Positions 20,765 to 30,810 of a stretch of 64,000 nucleotides of DNA are shown piece after piece (the stretch's first letter is position 1; each line of letters starts with the position of its first letter). The translations under genes and the position numbers were made by a program. The notes under the pieces are model-generated. The model was not told the origin of the DNA. It saw only the letters and a list, made by a program, of their open reading frames with translations, and made no database searches. The DNA is taken from contig JAKBPI010000007.1 of assembly GCA_021829645.1 (NCBI GenBank), positions 2,073 through 66,072 on the forward strand, given 5' to 3'. Source of the DNA: Actinomycetes bacterium. Its GTDB lineage: Bacteria > Actinomycetota > Acidimicrobiia > Acidimicrobiales > Bog-793.

Positions 20765-22105
20765 CTACTGCGTAACGCTTGTCTTCCCGAGATCGCTCAA
20801 GGCGCCGTAAAAGTCTTGCAAATATCTATCTGCCAAGTTAGAAACAGACATTTGCTCCGCACGTAAAATACCTTTAGCGACGAGTTTTCCCCGCAAATCG
20901 GCATCTTTGATCAGCGTTGACATTGCTTTTCGCAAGGCCATGTGGTCGTTGGGGGCAACGAAAAAAGCGGCATCGCCTGCAGAGGCACGATACCCGGGTA
21001 TGTTAGAGCACACGACGGGCACCGAAAGAGCCATCGCCTCCAAAACAACTATGCCAAAGGATTCTCCGGTAAGAGCCGGAGCCACTAGCAAATCGGCTGC
21101 TTTCATGCGGGCATACTTTTCCCCGTCCGACACTCTCCCCAACCAAAAAATATTTTCCAAAGTCGAATATTCAGCCTGTAATCTGGCCATTTCTGCTCCG
21201 GTCCCCAAAATGTTGACACGTACTTGATCTTCTAAGTCAACGAGAGCCTTTAGCAAGACCTCAAGACCTTTGCGCGGTTCCAGCCTGCCGACAAAACATA
21301 TTTCAAATACGCTTTTGTCGCCAAGTACGTATCGATCACGGTAAGGCTTTACTGTGCTCAGGTATCCGAAGTCAATTCCGTTAAAAACCACGGAAGCCTT
21401 TTGAGAATTTCTTACCCCTATCACCTTGGCTAAAGTATGCTGTGCCGACTTAGAAACCGCATAGCAGAGATCTAGTTTCGCATAAACCGTCCTGAGGGTC
21501 ACCCCGGCTGCTTTATATGCGTGTCCGGCGCCACTTCGATGAAACGTGGCGGCCATCACTACTTGATTCCCGCTCCTCTTTTTCCGAACTCGCCAAGAGG
21601 CTCCGAGAGACAGAACGGGTGTAAAGGGTTCGTGAACATGAACGACATCGGGAGACCATCCCCGAATAGTTTTGAGCATATCGTTGGCTGCCTTCAACGA
21701 CAATGTTACCGGCGCCACAGAACCGTTGGCCGGAACCGCCGCGGACTTTCCCACGGTATAGAAAACAATCATTCCGGAATGCACGGGCGTTTTTGATTCA
21801 ACGGAGGTGCTTAGAGAATCGCCTGTTTCTCCCGTTTCTTCTGACTCTGTATTGCCGGCACGCCAAAAACGTAAGCGAGAGAGAAAGTTCCCGTATTTAC
21901 CTCTTTGCCAATTGCGGGCCATACCACGATAGGCATTGTCTTTCCCTTGATACGTCTCGTAAGGTACTTCAATTGGCATTTCACCAGGTGCTATCAAAAG
22001 CACATCGTGACCTCTAGCGATAAATTGCTGTGAGAGCAGAATTGATTGATTTTGGACCCCGCCCGGCATAGACAAACTATAAGGACAGACAACGCATATT
22101 TTCAT
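20765..22105 (-). CDS. pimA: GT4 glycosyltransferase, probable phosphatidylinositol alpha-mannosyltransferase
   Basis: It has a GT4 N-terminus (MKICVVCPYSLSMPGGVQNQ) and a C-terminal EX7E region (ESFGIVVLEAMA). Its position follows the PIM acyltransferase with a 4-nt overlap, as in mycobacteria. It carries an internal insertion of about 70 aa. Confidence 0.75.
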   Translation of the reverse strand: MKICVVCPYSLSMPGGVQNQSILLSQQFIARGHDVLLIAPGEMPIEVPYETYQGKDNAYRGMARNWQRGKYGNFLSRLRFWRAGNTESEETGETGDSLSTSVESKTPVHSGMIVFYTVGKSAAVPANGSVAPVTLSLKAANDMLKTIRGWSPDVVHVHEPFTPVLSLGASWRVRKKRSGNQVVMAATFHRSGAGHAYKAAGVTLRTVYAKLDLCYAVSKSAQHTLAKVIGVRNSQKASVVFNGIDFGYLSTVKPYRDRYVLGDKSVFEICFVGRLEPRKGLEVLLKALVDLEDQVRVNILGTGAEMARLQAEYSTLENIFWLGRVSDGEKYARMKAADLLVAPALTGESFGIVVLEAMALSVPVVCSNIPGYRASAGDAAFFVAPNDHMALRKAMSTLIKDADLRGKLVAKGILRAEQMSVSNLADRYLQDFYGALSDLGKTSVTQ

Positions 22106-23049
22106 ACGTCAATAGCGCTTTCCTGAAGGCCGTTACCACCGCTGTCTGCGGCGGGACTTTCTTCCAGAAAAATAGGTTGAAATACGTGCCACTGGGAAGG
22201 TGCTTTCTGAATAAGAGTTTCAAAATTGCGTGCCAGTTCCTGCGTAACCCTGATTACGTCTTGCTTGATACCCGCATATCTTTTGGTATCGATCGGCGGT
22301 AGGATAACACCGTGTGCTTTGCCATTAGGGTGCTGGTAAACGGCACAGGGCAAAAGAGTGGCGTCGTTGTGTAAAGCCAGTAGGGCCGGTCCGCCGGGAA
22401 GTTTGGCTCGGCGTCCAAAAAATTCCACTTCTATGCCGCCGCCCGATATATCTCTGTCGGCTACCAAAGCTACCATACCTTTATTTTTCAGCACTTTGGC
22501 CAACGATGGGCTTGCATCCGGAGAAAGTGGGATGATTCGCAAACCCAACTTCTCGCGTTTTTGCTTAAACCATTCAAATAGCGACGGGGGCTGGATGGCC
22601 TCGGCCACGGTAGTCACCTGCCAACCCTGCCTGGCAAACCAAAGCGCTCCGATCTCCCAGGAGCCCAAATGCGGTAAAGCCAAAATAACTTTCCCGTTGG
22701 TCTCCAGGGCCTCCGCGAGAAACTGTTCGCCTTCGATGGACCAATATTTTTCTAAAGCGGCAATTGACCGAGAAGTGAGTCCTGCGACCTCCGCCCAGTA
22801 CCTTCCATAGTCCTTATAAGCCTGGTAAACGGCTTTTTGCAACTCTTCTTGGTTTTTTTGACTCAAGACAGCTTGTAGATTATTTTTTACGGTAGCAAAC
22901 TGCGCCGGAGATCTGTCAGCCAAACGCATGGATACGGATTCTGCCAAATAGATAGAGAGTTTTCTTGGCATTAAAGATAAAAACAAAGCTATCGCTCGAT
23001 AAAGCAAATAGGCCTTTTTCAGCCTCATGGCTTCACTTTTGGAGTTCAT
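22102..23049 (-). CDS. Lysophospholipid (LpxL/HtrB-family) acyltransferase, probable PIM acyltransferase
   Basis: It has the family motif ALPHLGSWE. It sits between the pgsA1-like and pimA-like genes, syntenic with M. tuberculosis Rv2611c. Confidence 0.7.
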   Translation of the reverse strand: MNSKSEAMRLKKAYLLYRAIALFLSLMPRKLSIYLAESVSMRLADRSPAQFATVKNNLQAVLSQKNQEELQKAVYQAYKDYGRYWAEVAGLTSRSIAALEKYWSIEGEQFLAEALETNGKVILALPHLGSWEIGALWFARQGWQVTTVAEAIQPPSLFEWFKQKREKLGLRIIPLSPDASPSLAKVLKNKGMVALVADRDISGGGIEVEFFGRRAKLPGGPALLALHNDATLLPCAVYQHPNGKAHGVILPPIDTKRYAGIKQDVIRVTQELARNFETLIQKAPSQWHVFQPIFLEESPAADSGGNGLQESAIDV

Positions 23050-23211
23050 ATATACAACACCCGCTTATCGTGGTCCTATGATCCGAAAATAAATGGAATG
23101 AGAACCATATCCGTTGATCAGATACTAGCAACAATTGACAAAATATAGATGGCTTTGTCAGTATTTATAGCACTGCAAATGTCATACCTAATCCATACGA
23201 TAAGGGGTATT

Positions 23212-24153
23212 TTACTTGTCCCGCTTTTCTCTGCGAACTTTTTTTCTCTCAGCAAAAAGACTTTGTCCTTCGCCAAAGTGGAATAGAGCTTCGCCCCCTG
23301 TCATGCGTATACGGTTCGCACGCTTACCAGAAGAGCGTGAGGAAATATTGGCTTTGCGCCTCGGCTTATAATAACTTGCCGGCCATACTCCGTCACGAGA
23401 AGCCGGAGCGCCGCGACGGGAGCGCCAAATTGAGTAGACTTTCGGATTTTTCCATTCCCCGAGTTGCTTGGTGTAATCGACTTGGGGTATCTGCATCCAA
23501 ACTCTGTAAAATCTACCTATAGCCGTGGCAATACACAACACCAGGAGCGCCAACAGCATTTCAATCAACACGATATGAAGTACCATGGCCACACCTAAGA
23601 AAATGAGTCTTTCGGCGCGCTCCATTAGGCCGCCGTTGGCTTTCAAACCGAGAGTTTCGGCCTTGGCTCTTTCATAGGAAATAATTTGGGCCACAACCAA
23701 AATTGCCAAAGGTACCAATGCATATTTTGGATGAGAACCGTTGAGAAAGTAAAATACGACGCCCGAGAAAATGATGGCATCCGATACCCTGTCGACGACG
23801 GAATCCAGAAAAGCCCCCCTAACAGAAACCGTATTGGCGGCTTTAGCTACGGAACCGTCCAAAAAGTCCATCAGACCGCCCATGGTCAACAAGACGACGG
23901 AAATATAAAAGTAGCCTTTGGCGACCAAAAGAGCAGTAGCAACCGCCAGACAAAGACCTATAACGGTAATAAAATTGGCTCTGACGCCGTGGGCCGCCAA
24001 CAGAGGTCCGAGTTGGTACCACTTATATTTTTTACCGGAAGAGAAAACGGGAGACTCCAATTGCAAACTGTCATCAACTGATAGCTGCTCCGGTTGTTGT
24101 GTATTTACGGAATCCGCAAGTGAACTTTGCTTTTTTCGATTTCCGTCGATCAT
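23212..24153 (-). CDS. pgsA: CDP-alcohol phosphatidyltransferase, probable phosphatidylinositol-phosphate synthase
   Basis: The CDP-OH motif is DFLDGSVAKAANTVSVRGAFLDSVVDRVSD. It lies in the conserved thrS-HIT-pgsA1 context. It has a basic C-terminal tail of about 90 aa. Confidence 0.75.
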   Translation of the reverse strand: MIDGNRKKQSSLADSVNTQQPEQLSVDDSLQLESPVFSSGKKYKWYQLGPLLAAHGVRANFITVIGLCLAVATALLVAKGYFYISVVLLTMGGLMDFLDGSVAKAANTVSVRGAFLDSVVDRVSDAIIFSGVVFYFLNGSHPKYALVPLAILVVAQIISYERAKAETLGLKANGGLMERAERLIFLGVAMVLHIVLIEMLLALLVLCIATAIGRFYRVWMQIPQVDYTKQLGEWKNPKVYSIWRSRRGAPASRDGVWPASYYKPRRKANISSRSSGKRANRIRMTGGEALFHFGEGQSLFAERKKVRREKRDK

Positions 24154-24273
24154 ATGATCTCCTATTGTAATGAATTAAATGTCGCTTTTCAAAATACCGA
24201 CTGTTTCAATTCATATTTCATCTTATCAGAACCTTACTCTGTCATCATGCTTACCAAAGCACTATTGTTTCTC

Positions 24274-24897
24274 TTAAGACTCGATAAGTGATCCGGGCCA
24301 ACAGGCCGTAATCTTTTCAAAAGTTACGTCAAGTGACTCCGGCAATACCCGTGTTGAAGCAACTGCTGTCATAAAACTCGTATCTCCGGCCCAGCGCGGC
24401 AAGGCGTGCAGGTGTAGGTGTTCCGGAATACCTGCTCCGGCCGCTCTGCCCAGGTTGGCGCCTATATTAAATCCGTCCGGATCGTAAGCTCTGCGCAAAG
24501 CGCTCACCGCCGATTTGAGTACCTTCCAGATATCTGTGTACTCTTCTTCGCTGAGTTCGTCAATATCGCCAACGTGACGAATCGGCATGATCAGCATGTG
24601 TCCGGTACCATATGGGTAAGCATTGAGAAGCGCCATACTGTAGCGTCCAAAATAAATTAAATGACTTTCTATACTGGGCTTTTCACCGGCTGCAATGTGG
24701 CAAAAAACACACTTTTTCGTGGCAATGCCACTCAAATTCTCCTTAGTTACACCGGAAGCACTTTCTCCTTCGGTGTTGATGGTATGTTTTGCCTCCGGAG
24801 AAGAAAACTTTGAAGACATCGGGTCCCTTTTTTCTTCGGCAGCGACTTTATTCACGTACTCAGAACGCCACCCGGCCCAGAGCTGATCAAAGCTCAC
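24274..24897 (-). CDS. HIT-family nucleotide hydrolase/phosphorylase
   Basis: The histidine triad is PEHLHLHALPRW. The GTG start overlaps the thrS stop by 1 nt (TAGTG). The context is the same as M. tuberculosis Rv2613c. Confidence 0.8.
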   Translation of the reverse strand: MSFDQLWAGWRSEYVNKVAAEEKRDPMSSKFSSPEAKHTINTEGESASGVTKENLSGIATKKCVFCHIAAGEKPSIESHLIYFGRYSMALLNAYPYGTGHMLIMPIRHVGDIDELSEEEYTDIWKVLKSAVSALRRAYDPDGFNIGANLGRAAGAGIPEHLHLHALPRWAGDTSFMTAVASTRVLPESLDVTFEKITACWPGSLIES

Positions 24898-26966
24898 TAG
24901 GATAATTCCTTTTCAACGCGGACAGCGGACGGGTTGTCAATGGCAAAACCCTCCGTCGGATTCGACCAGTGCTTTTGAATATCTTCTTTGATTTTGGCGA
25001 TGAAGTCCTCTTTTTGAACGGCTCTGATCGGGTCTTTCACACCGCGTAGGTTGATACCTACCGTACCGGAGGCGACATCTTCATCCCCTACGGCAAGAAT
25101 ATAAGGTATCTTTTCTAGTTTGGCTTGGCGAATCCTCGCTCCGAGAGGTTCTTTTGCCTGCATATACTCAATTCTAATACCTTCAGCTGCCAATAATTCC
25201 TTTAGCTGTAAACAATACTCTTCATGGGTGTCTCTGATAGGCAAAATTTTGACCTGTACCGGAGACAACCAAGTCGGCAGAGCACCGGCGTAGTGTTCCA
25301 GCAACACGCCAAAAAAGCGTTCCACTGTACCAAAAAGCGCCCGGTGAATCATGACAGGCCGGTGCTTGGTATTGTCGGAGCCAATATAGGATATGTCAAA
25401 TCTCTGCGGCAGCTGAAAATCGAGTTGGACAGTAGACATCTGCCACGTACGACCTATGGCATCTTTGGCTTGAACAGAAATTTTAGGACCGTAAAACGCT
25501 CCGCCGCCTTCGTCTAAAACCAAAGGTATATTCATGGCATTAGCCGTATCGTGCAGGGCTGTAGTAGCCTCTTCCCATTCTTGATCCGAGCCCACTGCTT
25601 TCCCCTCGGGACGGGTAGACAACTCCAAATAGAAATCATTCAGTCCGAATTCGCGCAGCAAATCCAACACAAAAGTCAGGATCGACTTCAGTTCTCCGGT
25701 CATCTGCTCTCTGGTGCAAAAGATGTGCGAGTCGTCCTGAGTCATACCCCTAACTCTGGTAAGACCGTGAATCACGCCCGATTTTTCATACCTATACACA
25801 GTGCCGAATTCAAATAGTCGCAAAGGCAACTCTCTGTATGAGCGCTGTTTGGAACGGAAAATTAAAATGTGGAAAGGACAGTTCATGGGTTTTAGGTAAT
25901 ATTTGTTTTCTCCGTCAATTTCCATAGGCGGAAAAATATTTTCCCCAAACCAATTCAGGTGTCCGGATATTTCAAAAAGGTCGCCTTTGGTGATATGCGG
26001 AGAATAGACGAATTGGTACCCTTCCTGCTCATGGCGCATCCGGGAATAATCCTCCATAATTTTTCTGACCAGGCCGCCTTTGGGATGGAAAACAGCTAAT
26101 CCGGAACCAATCTCGTCAGGAAACGAAAAGAGATCCAGTTCTAAACCAAGTTTGCGGTGGTCACGACGTTCTGCTTCAAGCAAACGATTCAGATGTTCGT
26201 TCAGCATTTTTTCTGATTCAAATGCCGTGCCATAAATCCTTTGCAATTGCTGCTTTTTCTCATCCCCGCGCCAATACGCCCCCGCCACTTTGAGTAGCTT
26301 GAAATGTCCGAGTCTACCTGTGTGAGGGACGTGGGGACCTCTGCATAAATCTACAAACCACTCGCTATTGCGATAGGCACTGACTTTGGAGGCGTTTGGA
26401 GCCGCCTCGGTGGCAATTTCCGCGGCAATCTCCCCGGAAGAGGAACCGGTACTAGCGATGTTCTCTATTATTTCTGTCTTGAAAGGCTGGTCAGAAAAGA
26501 TACAGAGTGCCTCTTGCGGTTCATACTCCTCTCTTAAAAAGGGTTGTCGTGCGGCAATAATTTTTCTCATCTCCGCTTCGATCCGTTCTATATCGGCTTC
26601 TGTGAAATGCTTACCGTCCGGAAGGAAGAAGTCATAATAAAAGCCGTCTTCAATCGCCGGCCCGATGGCAAAATATGCCCCCGGCCACAGAGATGTCACA
26701 GCTTGGGCCATCACATGGGCGGTAGAGTGTCTGAGAATATGTCTTCCCTGCGCGCTGTCGGAGTCGATCAACTCGAGTTGATCAGCATCTTCCAAAGCAT
26801 AGGTAAGGTCTTTTTCTTCTCCGTTGACCTCTGCTGCTATGACATTTTGGACAAGCTTTTTATCTAAATGTGTGAGCAAATCCAGAATCGTCGACCCCAC
26901 ATCAAGAGTTATGCTTGTTTCGTTCCCCACATGAACGGTAATAAGTTCATTGACTTCCGCTCCCAC
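24897..26966 (-). CDS. thrS: Threonyl-tRNA synthetase
   Basis: The protein is 689 aa with TGS, editing, class II core and anticodon-binding regions (HSTAHVMAQAV and FEFGTVYRYEKSG). The GTG start is preceded by AAGGAG. Confidence 0.95.
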   Translation of the reverse strand: MGAEVNELITVHVGNETSITLDVGSTILDLLTHLDKKLVQNVIAAEVNGEEKDLTYALEDADQLELIDSDSAQGRHILRHSTAHVMAQAVTSLWPGAYFAIGPAIEDGFYYDFFLPDGKHFTEADIERIEAEMRKIIAARQPFLREEYEPQEALCIFSDQPFKTEIIENIASTGSSSGEIAAEIATEAAPNASKVSAYRNSEWFVDLCRGPHVPHTGRLGHFKLLKVAGAYWRGDEKKQQLQRIYGTAFESEKMLNEHLNRLLEAERRDHRKLGLELDLFSFPDEIGSGLAVFHPKGGLVRKIMEDYSRMRHEQEGYQFVYSPHITKGDLFEISGHLNWFGENIFPPMEIDGENKYYLKPMNCPFHILIFRSKQRSYRELPLRLFEFGTVYRYEKSGVIHGLTRVRGMTQDDSHIFCTREQMTGELKSILTFVLDLLREFGLNDFYLELSTRPEGKAVGSDQEWEEATTALHDTANAMNIPLVLDEGGGAFYGPKISVQAKDAIGRTWQMSTVQLDFQLPQRFDISYIGSDNTKHRPVMIHRALFGTVERFFGVLLEHYAGALPTWLSPVQVKILPIRDTHEEYCLQLKELLAAEGIRIEYMQAKEPLGARIRQAKLEKIPYILAVGDEDVASGTVGINLRGVKDPIRAVQKEDFIAKIKEDIQKHWSNPTEGFAIDNPSAVRVEKELS

Positions 26967-27220
26967 TAAGACTCCTTATACGCTATCGGCGCTCTTGAAA
27001 CGATTTTATTTATTTGAAATGTTAGCATTACATAGACATGGGATAACATTGAAATAGACCAAAATGATCCTGCAAGATACCTGGCTAATTCCAAAGACCA
27101 AGAAATACGTTGGTAACCGAGAGGATAACTCGCAAAACCCTCCTCTCACTCACAAAGAATTATCTGGTAAAAATATTAGGAGCTATTGTTATTCTTACCA
27201 TGTCGTGCATTTAATGGCTG

Positions 27221-27259
27221 CCTCTATCTTGGAATTAGCAAGATAGAGGCTCTTTTCCC
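27221..27259 (+). terminator. Orphan terminator-like hairpin in a roughly 600-bp AT-rich intergenic region
   Basis: GCCTCTATCTT-ggaattagc-AAGATAGAGGC is a perfect 11-bp stem, followed by TCTTTTCC on the + strand. No convincing + strand gene lies upstream. Confidence 0.35.
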
Positions 27260-27571
27260 ATAACCGATAGCGATGGCAGAGGACAAAAAGACGGTTTCCG
27301 TAAAGACACTAAGTAAGCACCCATTTAAAATATGACGATATGATCTGGGGTATTTTCCATCACTTCAGTGATGGTAAAATCTCTGGCCTTGCCAACAGCT
27401 ATTAACTAAAATGGCTTTCATATCATCTATAAAATTTACTTTTCGAATTGTAGTAATGAAAAAAATGCGAATTCTGACCTATGTATACACAGCTATGTAA
27501 AAGATGTTTTTCTAAAAAAGCATGGCAGTTAAATAGTGAAAGAAAAGTAGTACATACAAGACTTACCGGAG

Positions 27572-28771
27572 TTAGCTACTTAAATCAACACCCAGTAAAG
27601 CAGCCGTTTGTACAACATTATAGCCAGAGTGAGCAGCTTCGTCTATCACCAGCAATGCTGAGGGTACGTCAAGATCATCATCCAGATATTGTCGCACCTG
27701 TTTTGCAAAAGAAGTGCTGCCGTCTGAGTCAGTGACTTTACCCAACGAAGACTTTTTCCAAAGATCCAGTCTTTCCTCAGCCGTGTCCATCATGGCAGAG
27801 CTCCAATCGATGGAGTCTCTGTAGTGTCTGGAAAGCAATGCCAGTCTTATGGCAGCGGCCGAATGATCTTTTAGCAGATCTGATACGAAAACAAGATTAC
27901 CAAGAGACTTGGACATTTTCTCGCCTTCGTATCTCAGCATGGCTACATGCATCCAATGTTTGGCAAACTGCTTTTTTGTGACACTTTCAGATTGAGCCGT
28001 TTCACATTCGTGGTGAGGAAAAATAAGATCGGTTCCACCCCCATGGATGTCTATAGATTCCCCTAATTCTCGCAAAGCAAGGGCAGAACATTCTATATGC
28101 CAGCCCGGTCGCCCCGGTCCCCATAGGGAATCCCAACTCGGTTCATCCTCCAGTGATGGCTGCCATAAGACAAAATCCAATGGATCTTCTTTGTAAGGGT
28201 CTTCAGGATGCCCGCCGCGCTCTTTGGCCAAGTCCAGCATTTCTTCTCTTGAAAGGTGACTGATCTGGCCAAATTGGGCAAAACTGGAAACGTCAAAGTA
28301 AACAGAGCCGCCTCGAGTATAGGCATAGCCGGCTTCTAACACCATGGCAATAAAACCCAAAATGTCATGGATTGCCGAAGTTGCTCTGGGTTCTCCGTAA
28401 CAGGGAAGTAAGCCCAATGCTTTCATATCGCGCTGAAACTTGGCTATTTCTCTCGCTGCCAAATCCAGATAATTGACTTCCAGCTGTCTTGCCTTGGCCA
28501 AGAGGTCATCGTCGACATCGGTTATATTTCTTACACACCTTGTCTCATAACCTTTGTCACGTAAGTGTCTTTGGAGTACGTCATAAGTGAGATAAGTTGC
28601 CGCATGACCCAAATGAGCCGAATCATAAGGTGTAATCCCGCATGTGTATAGCTTGACAACTTTTTTTGGGGCAAAATCTTTATTCTCTTGCGTAGCTGTG
28701 TCATAAATGCGCATAGCAACAGGGGGCGCTGCTTCATTTTTGTTCATGCAATACAGAACTTTCTGTTCCAA
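27572..28771 (-). CDS. mshC: L-cysteine:1D-myo-inositol 2-amino-2-deoxy-alpha-D-glucopyranoside ligase (mycothiol ligase)
   Basis: It is CysRS-like but about 400 aa. It matches mycobacterial MshC as I remember it (CGITPYDSAHLGHAATY, ERGGHPEDP...DFVLWQ, WGPGRPGWHIECSA, KMSKSLGN, VRQYLDDDLD). The start is uncertain among 28771, 28747 and 28714. Confidence 0.85.
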   Translation of the reverse strand: MEQKVLYCMNKNEAAPPVAMRIYDTATQENKDFAPKKVVKLYTCGITPYDSAHLGHAATYLTYDVLQRHLRDKGYETRCVRNITDVDDDLLAKARQLEVNYLDLAAREIAKFQRDMKALGLLPCYGEPRATSAIHDILGFIAMVLEAGYAYTRGGSVYFDVSSFAQFGQISHLSREEMLDLAKERGGHPEDPYKEDPLDFVLWQPSLEDEPSWDSLWGPGRPGWHIECSALALRELGESIDIHGGGTDLIFPHHECETAQSESVTKKQFAKHWMHVAMLRYEGEKMSKSLGNLVFVSDLLKDHSAAAIRLALLSRHYRDSIDWSSAMMDTAEERLDLWKKSSLGKVTDSDGSTSFAKQVRQYLDDDLDVPSALLVIDEAAHSGYNVVQTAALLGVDLSS

Positions 28772-28789
28772 CGTTGGATTATTTTCTTT

Positions 28790-29440
28790 TTACAATCCTA
28801 GTATGCCGAGAGTGACATGTGACTTGTATATGATATTTAAATTGACCAGCACGGCGGTCATTTGCTCGATGGGACCGGCGTTAGCAAGTCCGCCACAATT
28901 CAAGGCTCGCAATCCCGTAACTTTTTCCACCATGGCCATGGTTGCATTTCTTGCTGTCACGTCATCGGCACACACCAACACATCGGCAGTTAGGGTACTC
29001 GCTATATCGGCTACTTTGCCTGCCGGCAAGTGCTGAAATGCTATCGACACTTTTGTTTTCGGCAATAGGGCTTGCATTTCTGCGGCCATAGAACCTCTGG
29101 CCGGAATCCAAGGGTGCAGTTGTTTACCGGCCAAAAACATTGCGTTAACCATTGACACCAGCACCTTTTCTTCCAAGAGATTCCTTAGCTTATAAAGAAC
29201 GTCCAAACAGGCCTCGGCAGGTGCCGCACAAATTACCAATTCGTTGTCACAGGCTTGCTCATTGGTGGCCGGAAGCAAAGCTAAGTTCTTGTCAGACCAC
29301 TCCTCCAGGAGAGCAGATACGATCTGCTGACTCTTCTCCAAAGACCTGGATCCAACCTGCACCTCGATTCCGGAGGCTGCCAAGCGAAGAGCTACCGCTT
29401 GCCCGGCGGGACCGGTGGCACTTATTATACCTACACGCAT
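28790..29440 (-). CDS. NADPH-dependent F420 reductase-like (NpdG / ProC-family Rossmann) oxidoreductase
   Basis: It begins MRVGIISATGPAGQAVALRLAASGIEVQVGSRS. I chose the ATG at 29440 because AAGGAG lies upstream. The ORF-track N-terminal extension overlaps the next gene and looks spurious. Confidence 0.6.
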   Translation of the reverse strand: MRVGIISATGPAGQAVALRLAASGIEVQVGSRSLEKSQQIVSALLEEWSDKNLALLPATNEQACDNELVICAAPAEACLDVLYKLRNLLEEKVLVSMVNAMFLAGKQLHPWIPARGSMAAEMQALLPKTKVSIAFQHLPAGKVADIASTLTADVLVCADDVTARNATMAMVEKVTGLRALNCGGLANAGPIEQMTAVLVNLNIIYKSHVTLGILGL

Positions 29441-29594
29441 AAGAACTCCTTTTTGGATTGCGGCAACAGGAATACCTACCAAAACCAGATGTTGATAAAA
29501 TGTCTGTGACAAAGACATTTTAGTCTCAGTCACCGGAGAAAAGATAGTTTTGTTTAGCAAAACTATTATTTCGATAAATACCGATCGGCAGAAT

Positions 29595-30665
29595 TCACAA
29601 CTTGTCCGATAACCAGCTTTGTGAAGCAGAAAATAACAAGATTTTTTCTTCTTTTCGCCTAGTGGAGATCTGTTGTCTGCGAAACAAAGTAGCAAATATA
29701 AAAAGCACTGTCGCTGGCAGCAGGAGCAGAGCGGGTCCTCCGCTTTTATAGGCATACTCCACCGAGACCATCCAAATGGTGATAGCAATAGCCACTTTCA
29801 AAATCCTGTTTGACATCTTACGCGAGAGCATCCAACCGCAGATCATCCCCGGAATCCCCATCAGAGTAAGGAGTAAGAACAGTTCCATATCAAAGCTGGC
29901 AAACCAGAGTTGACCCGCGGCGGCAAAAATAGCCAAGGGTGCCGCCTGCAGTAAATCAATGGCCACCAAATCCTGCGAAGACATTTCCGGGAAGATCAAG
30001 CTCAAAAACGACACCGTTAGAGAACCGGAGCCTATAGAAGTCAGACCAAACAAGAAGCCTGAGGCAATTCCCAGAATTAGCACGGCTACTTTTTTGTATG
30101 CAGACACTCCGGAAAATCCATCAGCGTTTTCTTGTACTTCTGCGCCCCTGACGCCACGGTATACACTGCTTAGCGGTAACCAACGTCTTGTCTGCCCAAA
30201 AGTTTGACTGCTTGGATGTCCTCTTGTTGGGTTCTTTCCGGCTACTCTTGAGGCGTCCCGGTATTCTGTGTATAAGCGTCTATTTTGATAAACCGATGTC
30301 TTGTAAATACTAGCCATGAGAGCTGCGGCACAGACACTCAGCAAAACCGCAAAAGCATAGTTCCAATACGCATGAAAAGCTTTTTCGTTGATAATTTTTG
30401 AAAATACCCATGTGCCCAAAAGAGCAGCCGGAAGCGAACCTAGCAGCAAAAACCGGATTATACCCGAATTGAGCTTTTTGCCTCTCGTATGCAGTGCGGC
30501 AGTCGCCGGTTTCAGGAAAGCTGAAGAGAGAATACCGGCGGTAATGATTTTCGAGAGTTTAAGACCGGAAAATAGGTTAAGAAGCGGCACCAACAGTGCA
30601 TTGGCCCCCGTACCGCCCATACCGAGCAATACGCCGGCCAAAAACGCAAGTAGGGCTACTGTCAT
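29595..30665 (-). CDS. TSUP (TauE/SafE) family anion exporter-like membrane protein with a long central loop
   Basis: It has two 4-TM halves (LLAFLAGVLLGMGGTGANALLVPLL... and LILGIASGFLFGLTSIGSGSL...). A hydrophilic loop of about 70 aa separates them. Confidence 0.7.
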   Translation of the reverse strand: MTVALLAFLAGVLLGMGGTGANALLVPLLNLFSGLKLSKIITAGILSSAFLKPATAALHTRGKKLNSGIIRFLLLGSLPAALLGTWVFSKIINEKAFHAYWNYAFAVLLSVCAAALMASIYKTSVYQNRRLYTEYRDASRVAGKNPTRGHPSSQTFGQTRRWLPLSSVYRGVRGAEVQENADGFSGVSAYKKVAVLILGIASGFLFGLTSIGSGSLTVSFLSLIFPEMSSQDLVAIDLLQAAPLAIFAAAGQLWFASFDMELFLLLTLMGIPGMICGWMLSRKMSNRILKVAIAITIWMVSVEYAYKSGGPALLLLPATVLFIFATLFRRQQISTRRKEEKILLFSASQSWLSDKL

Positions 30666-30810
30666 CTACAACCTCGACTTTGTGCAATTTCTTAATTATG
30701 ACTAAATATATCATCATTGTCTGAATACTATGAATAAATTGACTTTTTATTCAAGAAATTCTCACAAAGCCTACAGGGTAAAAAATTATTTATACGCTGT
30801 GATCACGATT

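Noticed and set aside
27064-27735. Two + strand ORFs (27064..27246 and 27481..27735) in the mshC-thrS spacer.
   Set aside because: They have no SD and implausible sequences, and the second overlaps the mshC 3' end antisense. I treated the region as non-coding.
29441-29788. A 116-aa N-terminal extension of ORF 28790..29788.
   Set aside because: The extension is Cys/Leu/Phe-rich nonsense and overlaps the 3' end of the TSUP gene. The Rossmann N-terminus MRVGIISATG begins at the ATG at 29440, with AAGGAG upstream.
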